Positions 8,079 to 17,869 of a DNA stretch of 51,621 nucleotides are shown piece after piece; the first letter of the stretch is position 1; each line of letters begins with the position of its first letter. The DNA is taken from NCBI GenBank assembly GCA_900299315.1, contig OMJI01000097.1, forward strand, positions 1 to 51,621, written 5' to 3'. The position numbers and the translations under genes were made by a program. The notes under the pieces were generated by a model, which was given only the letters and a program-made list of their open reading frames with translations, ran no database searches and had not been told where the DNA came from. The stretch is from Verrucomicrobiota bacterium (GTDB lineage: Bacteria > Verrucomicrobiota > Verrucomicrobiia > Palsa-1439).

Positions 8079-11000
8079 ATGAAGCACGCACGAGTCACGT
8101 CGCTCGTCCTGGCCGCGTTGTTGCAGATTGTCCCGGTCTGCCGGGACGCCATTCTTTCGCTGATCCCCGATGCGCCTCAACTGGCGATTGTGTTCCGTTG
8201 GATTGTCGGCTTTGGCGTCTACGGCGCGTACAACGCCGTCTCCGGCGCCTCGACCGTCATCACCAGCCCGACCACGGCCACGGCGACCAACGGCGTGCCG
8301 TTCACCTACCGGATCACGTGCGGACCGGAAGTGCCCAACACCTTCAACGCCTACCCGCTCCCGGCGGCGCTCACCGTCAACACCACGACCGGCCGCATCA
8401 CCGGCACGCCCACCACCAACGGCGTCTTCGCCATCACCATCGTCGCGTCCGACAACAACATCCCCAGCCACACCACGTCCGCTACTCTCACGCTGACCGT
8501 CGTGCCCGGTGTTGTCGCCGTGGCGCCCGCCATCACGGCGAACCCAACCAACCTGACCATCACCGCCGGCAACGCCGCAACATTCAACGTCACCGCCACC
8601 GGCACCGCACCGCTGAGCTACCAGTGGAAATTCAACGGTGGCAACATTACCGGCGCAACGAGCGCAAGCTACTCCATCGCCAACGCCCAAGCAGGTAATG
8701 CCGGCAGCTACTCAGTGGTCGTCAGCAACTCTGCCGGCACCGCGACGAGTTCTGCCGCCACGCTCACCGTCAACCCGGCACCCGTCGCGCCCGCCATCAG
8801 TGCCGGCCCAACCAACCTGACCGTCACGGCCGGTAACGCGGCGAGCTTCAGCGTCACCGCCACCGGCACTGCGCCGCTCAGCTACCAATGGAAATTCAAT
8901 GGCGGCAACATCGTCGGCGCCACCGGCGCCAGCTACACCATCGCCAACGCCCAAGCCGGTAACGCCGGTAGCTACTCCGTCCTGGTCAGCAATGTGGCCG
9001 GTAGTGTCACTAGCGCAGCGGCGAATCTGACTGTCAACCCGGCACCGGTTGCACCAACCATCAGCGCTGGGCCAACCAACCTGACCATCACCGCCGGCAA
9101 CCCGGCAACCTTCAGCGTCACCGCTACCGGCACAGCGCCGATGAGCTATCAGTGGAAGTTCAACGGCAGCGACATCACCGGCGCGACAGGCACGAGCTAC
9201 ACGATCGCGAATGCGCAGGCCGGTAACGCCGGTGGCTACTCTGTCCTCGTCAGCAACGTGGCAGGGGCCGTCACCAGCGCGGCGGCGAGTCTCACCGTCA
9301 ACCCGGCCCCGGTCGCACCGAGCATCACAGGCCAACCGGCCAACCAATCGGTCGTTGCGGGCGGTGCCGCCTCGTTCAGCGTCACGGTCACCGGCACCGC
9401 GCCGCTCTCGTACCAGTGGCGCTTCAACGGCGCGAACATCCCCGGGGCCACCAGCGCTTCCTACGGACTGACGAATTGCCAGACGAACCAGGCCGGCACC
9501 TATTCCGTGCTCGTCAGCAACTCCGTCGGCACCGCGACGAGCAACGGTGCGACGCTCACCGTCACCCCGGCCGCCGTCGCCCCGAGCATCACCACGAGCC
9601 CGACAAATCTGACCGTGACCGCCGGCAGCGCCGCCACCTTCAACGTCGGCGCCAGCGGCACGGCGCCGTTGACATACCAGTGGAAGTTCAACGGCGGCGA
9701 TATCACCGGCGCGACGGGCGCGAGTTACACCATCGCCAATGCGCAGGCCGGTAATGCCGGCAGTTACTCGGTCGTCGTCAGCAACTCCGTCGGCACCGCA
9801 ACCAGCGCGGCAGCGAGTTTGACCGTCAACGCCGCGGTCGCGCCCAGCATTACGAGTCAACCGGCCAACCAAACTGTCACGGCAGGCAACCCGGCCACCT
9901 TCAGTGTTGCCGCGAGCGGCACAGCGCCGATGAGTTATCAGTGGAAGTTCAATGGCGGCGACATCACCGGCGCGACGGGGACGAGCTACACCATCGCCAA
10001 TGCGCAGGCCGGTCATGCCGGTAGTTATTCGGTCGTCGTCAGCAATGTGGCCGGTGCGGTCACGAGTGCGGCGGCGAGCTTGACGGTCAACCCGGCACCG
10101 GTTGCGCCCAGCATCACGAGCCAACCGGCTGGCCAAACCGTCACCGTCGGCGGCGACGCGTCGTTCAGCGTCACTGCCAACGGCACCGCGCCGATCTTTT
10201 ATCAATGGCGGCGCAACGGCGTGAACCTTGCCGGGGCGACGTCCGCCTCGCTGGCGTTGAGCAACTGCCAGACAAACCAAGCCGGGACGTACTCGGTGAT
10301 TGTGTCGAACTCCGTCGGCTCGGTGGCCAGCAGCGGCGCGCTGTTGGCGGTCGATGTGCCCACGACGCCGTTCTCGCTGACGATTACCGGCCAAGGGAAC
10401 GTGACGCCGAACCTGAGCGGCCAGAATCTCGTGATTGGCGCGAACTACACGATCACCGCGGTTCCGCATGCCGGGAACGGGTTCGCGGGTTGGAGCGGCT
10501 CGCTGACCGGCACAAACGTGAGCCTGACGTTCACGATGCAACCCGGGCTGGCGTTGACCGCGGCGTTTCAGCCGGTCATCTCGACCAACGTCACCGGCTC
10601 CTACTGCGGCCTCTTCTACGAGGGTGCCGGGGCGCGCTATGAGACCGCCGGCTTGGTGGAAATGACGGCCCGCAATGGGCGCGTGATCGGCGCGCTGAAG
10701 ATCGGCGCGAGCCGGTTCGCCTTCCGGCAGCAACTCGACGCGACCGGCGCCGGCAGCGCCATCGCCCGCGCCGCAGCCCAGGCGCCGTTGACGGTGAATT
10801 TGCAGGCCGACCTGACGAATTCCGCGAGCGTCATCACCGGCATTGTGAGCAATGGTCTCTGGCAATCGAACCTGCTCAGCGATCAGGCGAGCACGAACCG
10901 GCCGTGTGGCTTCGCCGGCACGTATCAGGTTCCGATACCGGACACGTCCGGCACGGCGTCGAACTTCTTCCTGACGGCGCGGGTCACCACCCTCGGTCGG

Positions 11001-11192
11001 GTGATGTTGAATGGCCGGCTGCCGACCGGGGTTCTCGCCCGTCAGACGACGCGAGTGTCACCCGACGGTGTGTGGCCGTTGTACGTGCCGTTCAGGGATG
11101 GTCACGCGTTGATCGGCTGGGTCACGTTGCAGGATCCGGTGACAGGCAGCGTGGACGCCGACATCCACTGGCTGACGCGCGGCGCGCCTTAA
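8079..11192 (+). CDS. large Ig-like repeat surface protein
   Basis: AAAGGAG RBS; N-terminal putative-Ig domain, seven ~88-aa I-set-like repeats (GTAPLSYQWKFNG...AGNAGSYSVVVSN), C-terminal beta-rich domain. Confidence 0.85.
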   Translation: MKHARVTSLVLAALLQIVPVCRDAILSLIPDAPQLAIVFRWIVGFGVYGAYNAVSGASTVITSPTTATATNGVPFTYRITCGPEVPNTFNAYPLPAALTVNTTTGRITGTPTTNGVFAITIVASDNNIPSHTTSATLTLTVVPGVVAVAPAITANPTNLTITAGNAATFNVTATGTAPLSYQWKFNGGNITGATSASYSIANAQAGNAGSYSVVVSNSAGTATSSAATLTVNPAPVAPAISAGPTNLTVTAGNAASFSVTATGTAPLSYQWKFNGGNIVGATGASYTIANAQAGNAGSYSVLVSNVAGSVTSAAANLTVNPAPVAPTISAGPTNLTITAGNPATFSVTATGTAPMSYQWKFNGSDITGATGTSYTIANAQAGNAGGYSVLVSNVAGAVTSAAASLTVNPAPVAPSITGQPANQSVVAGGAASFSVTVTGTAPLSYQWRFNGANIPGATSASYGLTNCQTNQAGTYSVLVSNSVGTATSNGATLTVTPAAVAPSITTSPTNLTVTAGSAATFNVGASGTAPLTYQWKFNGGDITGATGASYTIANAQAGNAGSYSVVVSNSVGTATSAAASLTVNAAVAPSITSQPANQTVTAGNPATFSVAASGTAPMSYQWKFNGGDITGATGTSYTIANAQAGHAGSYSVVVSNVAGAVTSAAASLTVNPAPVAPSITSQPAGQTVTVGGDASFSVTANGTAPIFYQWRRNGVNLAGATSASLALSNCQTNQAGTYSVIVSNSVGSVASSGALLAVDVPTTPFSLTITGQGNVTPNLSGQNLVIGANYTITAVPHAGNGFAGWSGSLTGTNVSLTFTMQPGLALTAAFQPVISTNVTGSYCGLFYEGAGARYETAGLVEMTARNGRVIGALKIGASRFAFRQQLDATGAGSAIARAAAQAPLTVNLQADLTNSASVITGIVSNGLWQSNLLSDQASTNRPCGFAGTYQVPIPDTSGTASNFFLTARVTTLGRVMLNGRLPTGVLARQTTRVSPDGVWPLYVPFRDGHALIGWVTLQDPVTGSVDADIHWLTRGAP
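8520..10355 (+). repeat. seven in-frame tandem coding repeats (~264 bp each) inside the Ig-repeat gene
   Basis: Repeated protein unit AP(A/S)I(T/S)..P.N.T(V/I)TAGN.A.F.V.A.GTAP.SYQWKFNG..I.GAT..SY.IANAQAGNAGSYSV.VSN..G..TS.AA.LTVNPAPV seen 7 times. Confidence 0.85.
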
Positions 11193-11476
11193 TTCGGCCG
11201 GTGGGTGGGCTTGTTCAGGAGGGGCAGGCCGACTTTGTCGGCGAGCTCGTGGAATTCTTCGCGGGAAATCGTGTCGAGCGTCTGGCCCTTTTTCTTGAGG
11301 TGCTCGTTGAGCTTGATCGCCTTTTCCTGCATGACGCCGTGGGTTTCTTCGCTGCCGCCAACGAGGTGGAAGTTTTCGCCCTTGGTGACGCGGAGGTGGC
11401 CGTCCTTGTTGTCGAGGCCGAGGCCGAGGAGTTTGGCCGGTTTCTTCTTCGCCGCGCCCTTGTTTTTCTTCGTCAT
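11189..11476 (-). CDS. small lysine-rich hypothetical protein (95 aa)
   Basis: Only the last 95 codons of track ORF 11189..12934 look coding (MTKKNKGAAKKKPAKLLGLGLDNKDGHLRV...); the rest is antisense to the GH5-like gene. Confidence 0.55.
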   Translation of the reverse strand: MTKKNKGAAKKKPAKLLGLGLDNKDGHLRVTKGENFHLVGGSEETHGVMQEKAIKLNEHLKKKGQTLDTISREEFHELADKVGLPLLNKPTHRPN

Positions 11477-11566
11477 CGCGCGGGACGGTAGCAGAGGGTA
11501 CCGGCAAAGGCAACGGCACCAAGATTTCGTTGCGCCCGCGTCGCGGCTGTGGGATAAGCCGCGACC

Positions 11567-12979
11567 ATGAAACCAGTACGCGTGGCAGCGGATCGTTGGA
11601 ACTTCGAGGTGACGGGGACCGGGCAGTTCATCACCCCGCTCGGTGGCAACATGCTCAACGACGAGCATCCCGGGCAGAGCACGTTGTTCCGGCATTTCGA
11701 CGCGAAGGATTGTGACCACCGGTTCGGCGTGATGGCGGAGCTCGGCTTGAACTGCCTCCGGCAGGCCATCGGCGTGAATGAGGTGTTTGATGCGAAGACC
11801 GGGCTGAAGGCCGCCGGGTTGAAGAATTGGGACACGTTCATCGGCCTCGCCGAGAAGCACGGCATCTACCTGATGCCAGTCGGCGGCTACATCGGCAGCA
11901 ACGACTGGTTCGACGTCGAGTTGCTCGCCGACAACGGCAAAGCGCTCGATGAATCGTGCGCGTTCTGGGAAAAATTCGTCGGCCACTACGCCGGTCATCC
12001 CGCCATCTGGGCGTGGGATTTGCGCAACGAGTTGCTCTACTGGAACCGTCCCCACATGACCACGCCCGGCAGTCCTGACGAGTTGCGCATCGACGCCATG
12101 ATCAAGGACGCGTGGCCACAATGGCTCGAAACCCGGTACGGCACGGTCGCGGCGATGAATCGCGTTTATGGCTCCAACTACGCGAGCTTCCGCGAAGTCC
12201 CGGGCTCCGTCGGTTTCCTCGAAAAGCCCTACGACATCGGCGCCTACGATTTCCGCAATTACCTCAACGACCGGGGCTACGGCTGGTGCAAGCGCCAGTG
12301 CGACGTCATCCGCGCTGCCAGCCCGGACCACATGATCGTGTCCGGCAACAACGGCTGGCTCTCCCCGGACCAGGATCTCTGGCTCGCCAATGGCTTCCAC
12401 AACCGCGCCATCCACGAGCTCTTCGATTTCGTCTCCCACCATCCCTACCCCGCGTGGCAGGCTGTCCCCGGCGGACGGGGCGACCCGCTCGACGGCGGCG
12501 AGCCGTTGCAATATTGGCTCAGCTGCTGCGTTGGCATGTCGCGGCTGGATTACTACGGCAAACCGGTGGTCATCCAGGAATTCGGCTGGTACGGCGGCGG
12601 CACGTCCAAATTCCTCTGCGACCTTCCCTACCGGAGCGAGCAGGAACATGCCGACTACACCCGCGCCCTCACCGACGCGCTCATCCCCCACGTCAACGGC
12701 TTCGTCAACTGGCCGACGATGGACATGCCGGCCTCGGTGGACATCTCCAATCACGGCGGCATTTTCACCCACGACGGCAAACGCAAGGCCCTCGCGAAAG
12801 TCTACGAAGACCTCATCCAGCGCCTCAACGGCCAGCGCCAAGTCCGCGCCCGCGCAACGACGACGCTCACCTATTCGCTCCTCGGCCTCTACACCTGCCG
12901 GAAGTATCAGGACGACATGTGGGACAAAGTCCACGAAGTCATCCGCGACGGCGGCGTACCGGACTTTCGTTTCATCTGA
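11567..12979 (+). CDS. glycoside hydrolase, GH5 (cellulase/mannanase-like) fold
   Basis: 470 aa; candidate acid/base WDLRNE and nucleophile VIQEFGWYG motifs in the (beta/alpha)8 order expected for clan GH-A. Confidence 0.7.
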   Translation: MKPVRVAADRWNFEVTGTGQFITPLGGNMLNDEHPGQSTLFRHFDAKDCDHRFGVMAELGLNCLRQAIGVNEVFDAKTGLKAAGLKNWDTFIGLAEKHGIYLMPVGGYIGSNDWFDVELLADNGKALDESCAFWEKFVGHYAGHPAIWAWDLRNELLYWNRPHMTTPGSPDELRIDAMIKDAWPQWLETRYGTVAAMNRVYGSNYASFREVPGSVGFLEKPYDIGAYDFRNYLNDRGYGWCKRQCDVIRAASPDHMIVSGNNGWLSPDQDLWLANGFHNRAIHELFDFVSHHPYPAWQAVPGGRGDPLDGGEPLQYWLSCCVGMSRLDYYGKPVVIQEFGWYGGGTSKFLCDLPYRSEQEHADYTRALTDALIPHVNGFVNWPTMDMPASVDISNHGGIFTHDGKRKALAKVYEDLIQRLNGQRQVRARATTTLTYSLLGLYTCRKYQDDMWDKVHEVIRDGGVPDFRFI

Positions 12980-12981
12980 AG

Positions 12982-13641
12982 CTACCGGAACAAGATCGTT
13001 CCGAAGTTCTGGTGATCGTGGAAATTACCGGCCGTTGCCGGGCACCACGCCCATTGCGAGGGGACGCCCACGTCGTAATCAATCCGGTAGATATTCGCGC
13101 GCCAATGGTCGCCGCGGCGCGGTCGGGACCGGCCCACTCCGATCAGTAAATCAAATGGGATGAAGAACTCGGCCGTCCAGCCGGTCACGGTCGCCTGCGA
13201 CTGCTTCGGCCCGCCGCGCACCTGTGAGGCGTGACGCGTGCGGCGGCTGCCGGTGTAATGCCACGGACGCCAGCCGCAGAAGCTCCCGGCATCGTTCGGC
13301 ACGAGGATCGGCAACTCGTAATTCAGCGGTGAGATTTCGTACTCGAAGTACAGCGGATGACGCACGTCCGTCCAAAGGAACACCTCGATGACATCTTCCC
13401 GAAATAAATCCGCGAAGTCCTCCATCAACGTGCATGTCAGCTTCTGGTCCTCGGCATCCGTGAGGAAGTAAATCCCGGTCGTGGAATAAAGAATCTTGGC
13501 CCGTGTCGCGTACCGGCTCAGCCCCTGCCCCACGCGGGCCAACGGCTGCCAGACCGCCCGGTCCCAAGCCGGGTTGGTTCCCGCGCCATCCAATTCAAAA
13601 TCTGCGACCTGCCCAATCTCCACTTTCGTCAACGTGCTCAT
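12982..13641 (-). CDS. carbohydrate-binding family 9-like protein
   Basis: 219 aa, pattern resembling CBM9-like/DOMON-type proteins (NPAWDRA..W, IEVFL, WTAEFFIPF, WRANIYRIDYD); functional call is tentative. Confidence 0.5.
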   Translation of the reverse strand: MSTLTKVEIGQVADFELDGAGTNPAWDRAVWQPLARVGQGLSRYATRAKILYSTTGIYFLTDAEDQKLTCTLMEDFADLFREDVIEVFLWTDVRHPLYFEYEISPLNYELPILVPNDAGSFCGWRPWHYTGSRRTRHASQVRGGPKQSQATVTGWTAEFFIPFDLLIGVGRSRPRRGDHWRANIYRIDYDVGVPSQWAWCPATAGNFHDHQNFGTILFR

Positions 13642-13650
13642 CGGGATGAG

Positions 13651-14418
13651 TCACCTGAAGATTTCAGCGAAGAACTGCTGCATGTCGGCCCACGAACGCC
13701 GGTCGGCCTTCTCGTTGTAGGCAACGCCGGGAATGCCGAACTTGCCTGACTGCGGATTGGTGAAGCTGTGCAGGGCGCCGCCGTAATAAATCATCCGCCA
13801 ATCCGCACCGGCCTCGCGCATCTCTTGCTGGAACGCCGCGATCTCGGCCGGCGACTCGAATGCGTCATCGGCGCCGTGGCAGACGAGAACCTTGGCCTTC
13901 ACCTCACCGGCCTTGGCGGGCAGCGGCGTCGCCAGACCGCCGTGGAAACTCACCACCCCGGCCACGTCCGCGCCGCTCCGCGCCAATTCAAGGACCGACG
14001 TGCCGCCAAAGCAATAACCAATCGCGGCAATCCGGTGGGCATCCACCAGCTTCTGCTGTTGCAACACAGCCAATCCCGCCCGGATGCGACGCCGTCCCGC
14101 AACCCGGTCTTCCTTGAACTGGCCGGCGTGCTTGCCGGCTTCCTCGGCGGAGGTGGTGACAAACCCATCGCCGTACATATCCGCGGCGAAAGCGACATAG
14201 CCGAGCTTGGCGAGTTGCTCGGCGCGCGACTTGGCGTATTCGTTCAGGCCCCACCATTCGTGGATCACGAGCACACCGGGGCGCTTACCGGGCTTGGCAT
14301 CGTCGTACGCGAGGTAGCCTTTCAGCGTCACGTCGCCATCTTTATATTCCACCGTCTCCGTCTTGACTGCCGCCTGTGCTACGCCTGCAATCAAGAGTGC
14401 CAAGAAGCACCACTTCAT
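13651..14418 (-). CDS. dienelactone hydrolase family protein (secreted)
   Basis: Signal peptide; DLH-type motifs VLVIHEWWGLN, GYCFGG nucleophile elbow, C-terminal HSF. Confidence 0.85.
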   Translation of the reverse strand: MKWCFLALLIAGVAQAAVKTETVEYKDGDVTLKGYLAYDDAKPGKRPGVLVIHEWWGLNEYAKSRAEQLAKLGYVAFAADMYGDGFVTTSAEEAGKHAGQFKEDRVAGRRRIRAGLAVLQQQKLVDAHRIAAIGYCFGGTSVLELARSGADVAGVVSFHGGLATPLPAKAGEVKAKVLVCHGADDAFESPAEIAAFQQEMREAGADWRMIYYGGALHSFTNPQSGKFGIPGVAYNEKADRRSWADMQQFFAEIFR

Positions 14419-14432
14419 CGTCGTTCCTCCGT

Positions 14433-15887
14433 TTAGGTTTTGGGCCGTGAATCTAGCACGCGGACTTCTTTGAGCGAAGTCTCCAGTTTGATGCGCTGGA
14501 GCATCTCCGCCATGCTGTGGACCTCGAACCGGTTGGGCGAGATCTCCGTCTCGTCCTGGAACCGCGACCGGATCTGGTCCTCCAACTCCTCCCGGCGCGC
14601 GCCGTTGACCGGCGCAAAATGCAAAATCAACTCATCCACATCGAGCGGGTCGTCGTGGCGCTTGCGCAACTCGATCTGCCACTCGCCGACATCCGGCAGG
14701 TCATCGAGAATGTGCTGGAGCGTGTCGAAATTGACGAGCGTGCCCTTGATCTTGTCGAACTGCAGTTCCTTGCTGCTCGACGACCGGCCGATGTTGCCGA
14801 CGATCCGCGGCACAGTCCGCCGGCAATACGGGCACGGCTCCCACGTGATGCCGCCTTCGACATAATCACCGGTCCGGTAGCGGATCACCACGCTGCCGCG
14901 GGCGTCGAGCGGCGTGTACACGAGCTCACCTGGTTGACCGTCGCCCTGCACCTCACCGGTGTCAGGGTCGATCACCTCAAACACGCCCATGTCCGGGAAC
15001 AGATGATACCCGCTGCGTTCGCCGGGCGGCATCGGGCATTCGCCCCAGGCCATGCGCGCTTCCGTGAAACCATACGTCGTGCAAATCCGGACATCTTCCG
15101 CGCCCATCTCGCCCAGCAGGCTAACCATCTTCCGGCGCATGCCGGTCGGGCATTTCTCGCCGCCCAACACGATGCGCGTGACTTGTGGCCACCGCTTGCC
15201 GGCTTCGTGGGCCTGCCGGATGACGTGATAGACAAACGTCGGCATCCCGATGATGGCTTCCGGCTTCACTTGTTCGATGACCGTGATGTTGCCTTCCGTC
15301 CCCAGCACCTTGCCGCCGCCGGTGCCGACGAGGAACATGCCGAACTCGAATCCCGCAAACACCACCTGCCAAAACCCGAGATGCGGCGCGTAGGGAAACA
15401 TGTTCACGCCGCGCATCTTGGGCGTCGCACCGAATGTCTGGATCAGCCGCGTCCCGGCTTCCCGCAGATTGTGCAGATCGTAGTCGGTGTAGACGAACGA
15501 CACGCGCGCGGTGCTCCGCCCAGTCGTGGCCGTCAGGAAGATGGGGCGAAACTCGCGTTCAATCGACCGCTCCGCCGCGCTGCGTCCTTGAAACAACGCC
15601 TCGGCAATGACCCCGGGACGACGTTTGATGGCCGCCAGTTCCGGCGTGATGACAAACTCGCGCACCTTCTCCGGCGCGCCATCGGTCGGCAGCAAATCCA
15701 GCTTCGTGGTGAATGGGATCCGGCGCAAGTCAGCCACGGTCTTGATACGCCGGGGATCAATCCGGTGGTCGGCAAAGAGCTTTTTGTAATGCGGACTGAA
15801 CGGCGCGACGACGTGGTTGATGAAATGATGCAGCCGGTCGTTTTGCTGCGCGCGCTGGACGTCGACCGGTATCTGGTCCCACTTCAC
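14433..15887 (-). CDS. adenylate-forming enzyme, phenylacetate-CoA ligase / coenzyme F390 synthetase-like
   Basis: 484 aa with PaaK-like layout (TTGRST P-loop region, YGFTE, RYRTGD); start overlaps stop of upstream gene. Confidence 0.7.
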   Translation of the reverse strand: MKWDQIPVDVQRAQQNDRLHHFINHVVAPFSPHYKKLFADHRIDPRRIKTVADLRRIPFTTKLDLLPTDGAPEKVREFVITPELAAIKRRPGVIAEALFQGRSAAERSIEREFRPIFLTATTGRSTARVSFVYTDYDLHNLREAGTRLIQTFGATPKMRGVNMFPYAPHLGFWQVVFAGFEFGMFLVGTGGGKVLGTEGNITVIEQVKPEAIIGMPTFVYHVIRQAHEAGKRWPQVTRIVLGGEKCPTGMRRKMVSLLGEMGAEDVRICTTYGFTEARMAWGECPMPPGERSGYHLFPDMGVFEVIDPDTGEVQGDGQPGELVYTPLDARGSVVIRYRTGDYVEGGITWEPCPYCRRTVPRIVGNIGRSSSSKELQFDKIKGTLVNFDTLQHILDDLPDVGEWQIELRKRHDDPLDVDELILHFAPVNGARREELEDQIRSRFQDETEISPNRFEVHSMAEMLQRIKLETSLKEVRVLDSRPKT

Positions 15888-17836
15888 GCGCGCACCAGCT
15901 CTTTCAACTGCGGCAGCACCATCGCCGCCGCGTCTTCCCCGCTGCGGATGTAACGCTCGGGATGATAAAAGTCATACCAGACAGCTTCCCGGGCCCGCGG
16001 GCGGATCACGATGTCCGCGTTGGCGCAGGCTTCCTCGGCCATGTGCGACTGCATCGCGTGCATCGCGCGCATGTAGATGTTGATGATGCTGGTGGGCGTG
16101 TCCACGAGAGTGCCCACCTCGTGGATTTTCTCGGTGCGCCGCTTCCACCAGTGCGACGGTACCGGCTCGGGCTGTTCCTGGGCGCGGCGTTTCATGTCTT
16201 CCACGTTGGGGATGGTGTTGACGGCGATGATCCGCGAGACCCCGGACCGTGTCAGCGTCGCGACCGGGACGGGATTCACGATGCCGCCGTCGATCAAGGT
16301 GTAACCATTGTTCTGCACGGGACGGAACACGCCGGGAATCGAGATGCTCGCGCGAATGGCGTCGATCAGTTTGCCCTGCTCGAACACGATTTCTTCCAGC
16401 GTGTTCAACTCGCTCGCCACGATCCGAACCGGGATCACCGTGTCTTCAAATGTCAGCTCGCCGACAATCTGCCGGAGAAAATCATACACCTTCATCCCTC
16501 GGATCATCCCCGAACCCGGGAACATCGGGTCAAGCAACCGGAGAAACGCCCGCTTCCCGCGCACCTGCGCCGCGATCTCCTCCATTTCATCGGCGGACTT
16601 GCCGCAGGCCCACGCCGCGGCAATCAACGCGCCCATGGAACTGCCGGCCACGACGTCCACCGCAATCCCGGCCTGCTCCAACACGCGGATCACGCCGATG
16701 TGCGCCAAGCCGCGCGCCGCGCCGCAACCGAGCGCCAGTCCCACCAGCACGTTGCCCAGTTCCCGCGCCAGCCGCCGCACCACGAAACTGTACGGCTCCA
16801 TCGGCCGCCGCAAGACGTAAGGCTCCTCGGTCAACTCGCCGTTCGGAATCCACCGCAGCACGGCGGAGACCCGGCGCTCCAACACCTCCTCCGCTGCTGA
16901 CACACAAGGCTGACCGGGCTCGCAGCCGGTGAGGATCACCTTCACCTTCGGCGGCATCGTCGGCGAACGCTCGCCGAGGTACCGGATCAGCGACCGGGTG
17001 CGTTTCCAGTGCTCCACCTCGTTGCGCGTGACGAGATAGATTTGATCGCATTGCAGCAAACACGCGTACACGGCCGGCGTGGTCTCGTTCGGCAACTCCA
17101 CCAACACGTAATCGTATTTCCTCACCAAGCCGCCGAACAACGGCGCGAACAGCTCCGCCTCGCGCGCCTCGCCGGTCAGCGCCACGTCCAGCCGGTCGTA
17201 GCCAAATGCGGTGTGCGCGACCGGCATTTGCGCCGCCTGCGCCATCGACACGCCGCCTTCCCGGCTGCTCAAGTCGAGCAACATCACCGGCTCGCGCGTC
17301 TCCCGGGCGAGGCTCGCCACGAGGTTCACCGCCAAAGTCGTCTTGCCCGCCGCCGGCAATGCGCTGGCCAGCGCGATCACGGTGCTCCACTTCGCCCGGT
17401 CTTTCTCGAGCCGCAGTTCCTTGATCCGGTGCCCCATCCGCTGGAACACGCTCGCCGCCACGCGCGGATCACGGCGCACCACCGCGTCGAAATCGACCCG
17501 GGGGATTTTTAGCAGGACAGAATCGTTCAACGCCCGGACGTTAGACCAGTGCGTCTCGCCGGAGAGCAGCGGCATCTCGCCGAAGTAATCGCCATTGCAG
17601 TATGTCGCGAAGACGCGTTCGCGACCACTCTTCAATCGGGTGTACGCTTGCAGCCGACCGGACACCACCGCGAACAGGGCATCACCGGGGTCGTCCTCCT
17701 TTACGACGAGCTCTCCCTTCTTCACCGCGACGACCTCCGCCGCTTCCGCGAGCGATTTCGTCAACTCCTCCCCGAGCGTCGCGAGGAGCGGCACATTGCG
17801 AAGGACTTGGAGCTTGTCTTCCATCATCGCGGCCAC
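15884..17836 (-). CDS. cyclic-nucleotide-binding domain / degenerate ParA-MinD-like domain / patatin-like phospholipase fusion
   Basis: N-terminal cNMP-binding beta-roll (YFGEMPLL), central P-loop-like segment ALPAAGKTTLAVNLV, C-terminal patatin with GCGAARG oxyanion motif, GSSMG nucleophile and DGG. Confidence 0.85.
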   Translation of the reverse strand: MAAMMEDKLQVLRNVPLLATLGEELTKSLAEAAEVVAVKKGELVVKEDDPGDALFAVVSGRLQAYTRLKSGRERVFATYCNGDYFGEMPLLSGETHWSNVRALNDSVLLKIPRVDFDAVVRRDPRVAASVFQRMGHRIKELRLEKDRAKWSTVIALASALPAAGKTTLAVNLVASLARETREPVMLLDLSSREGGVSMAQAAQMPVAHTAFGYDRLDVALTGEAREAELFAPLFGGLVRKYDYVLVELPNETTPAVYACLLQCDQIYLVTRNEVEHWKRTRSLIRYLGERSPTMPPKVKVILTGCEPGQPCVSAAEEVLERRVSAVLRWIPNGELTEEPYVLRRPMEPYSFVVRRLARELGNVLVGLALGCGAARGLAHIGVIRVLEQAGIAVDVVAGSSMGALIAAAWACGKSADEMEEIAAQVRGKRAFLRLLDPMFPGSGMIRGMKVYDFLRQIVGELTFEDTVIPVRIVASELNTLEEIVFEQGKLIDAIRASISIPGVFRPVQNNGYTLIDGGIVNPVPVATLTRSGVSRIIAVNTIPNVEDMKRRAQEQPEPVPSHWWKRRTEKIHEVGTLVDTPTSIINIYMRAMHAMQSHMAEEACANADIVIRPRAREAVWYDFYHPERYIRSGEDAAAMVLPQLKELVRA

Positions 17837-17869
17837 CGCACTACAGACTAAAGCAACCCGTGAGCCGAT

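Noticed and set aside
8712-10865. 717-aa minus-strand ORF (plus other long ORFs such as 14517..15953 +, 39563..40852 +, 44413..45957 +, 46419..48188 +, 1221..2432 +, 35820..36698 -)
   Set aside because: These are antisense shadow ORFs opposite well-supported genes in high-GC DNA. Their translations are Arg/Gly/Asp/His-rich low-complexity sequence with no recognisable motifs.
11477-12934. N-terminal 486 codons of the 581-aa track ORF 11189..12934
   Set aside because: This part is antisense to the GH5-like gene and looks non-protein-like. Only the last 95 codons (11189..11476), which lie outside the GH5 gene, look coding.
15884-17836. cNMP-binding patatin protein considered as a CBASS-type effector
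   Set aside because: No CD-NTase/cyclase, E1/E2/JAB or other CBASS components are adjacent. The sensor is a classical CAP-type cNMP domain, which is common in housekeeping patatin proteins.
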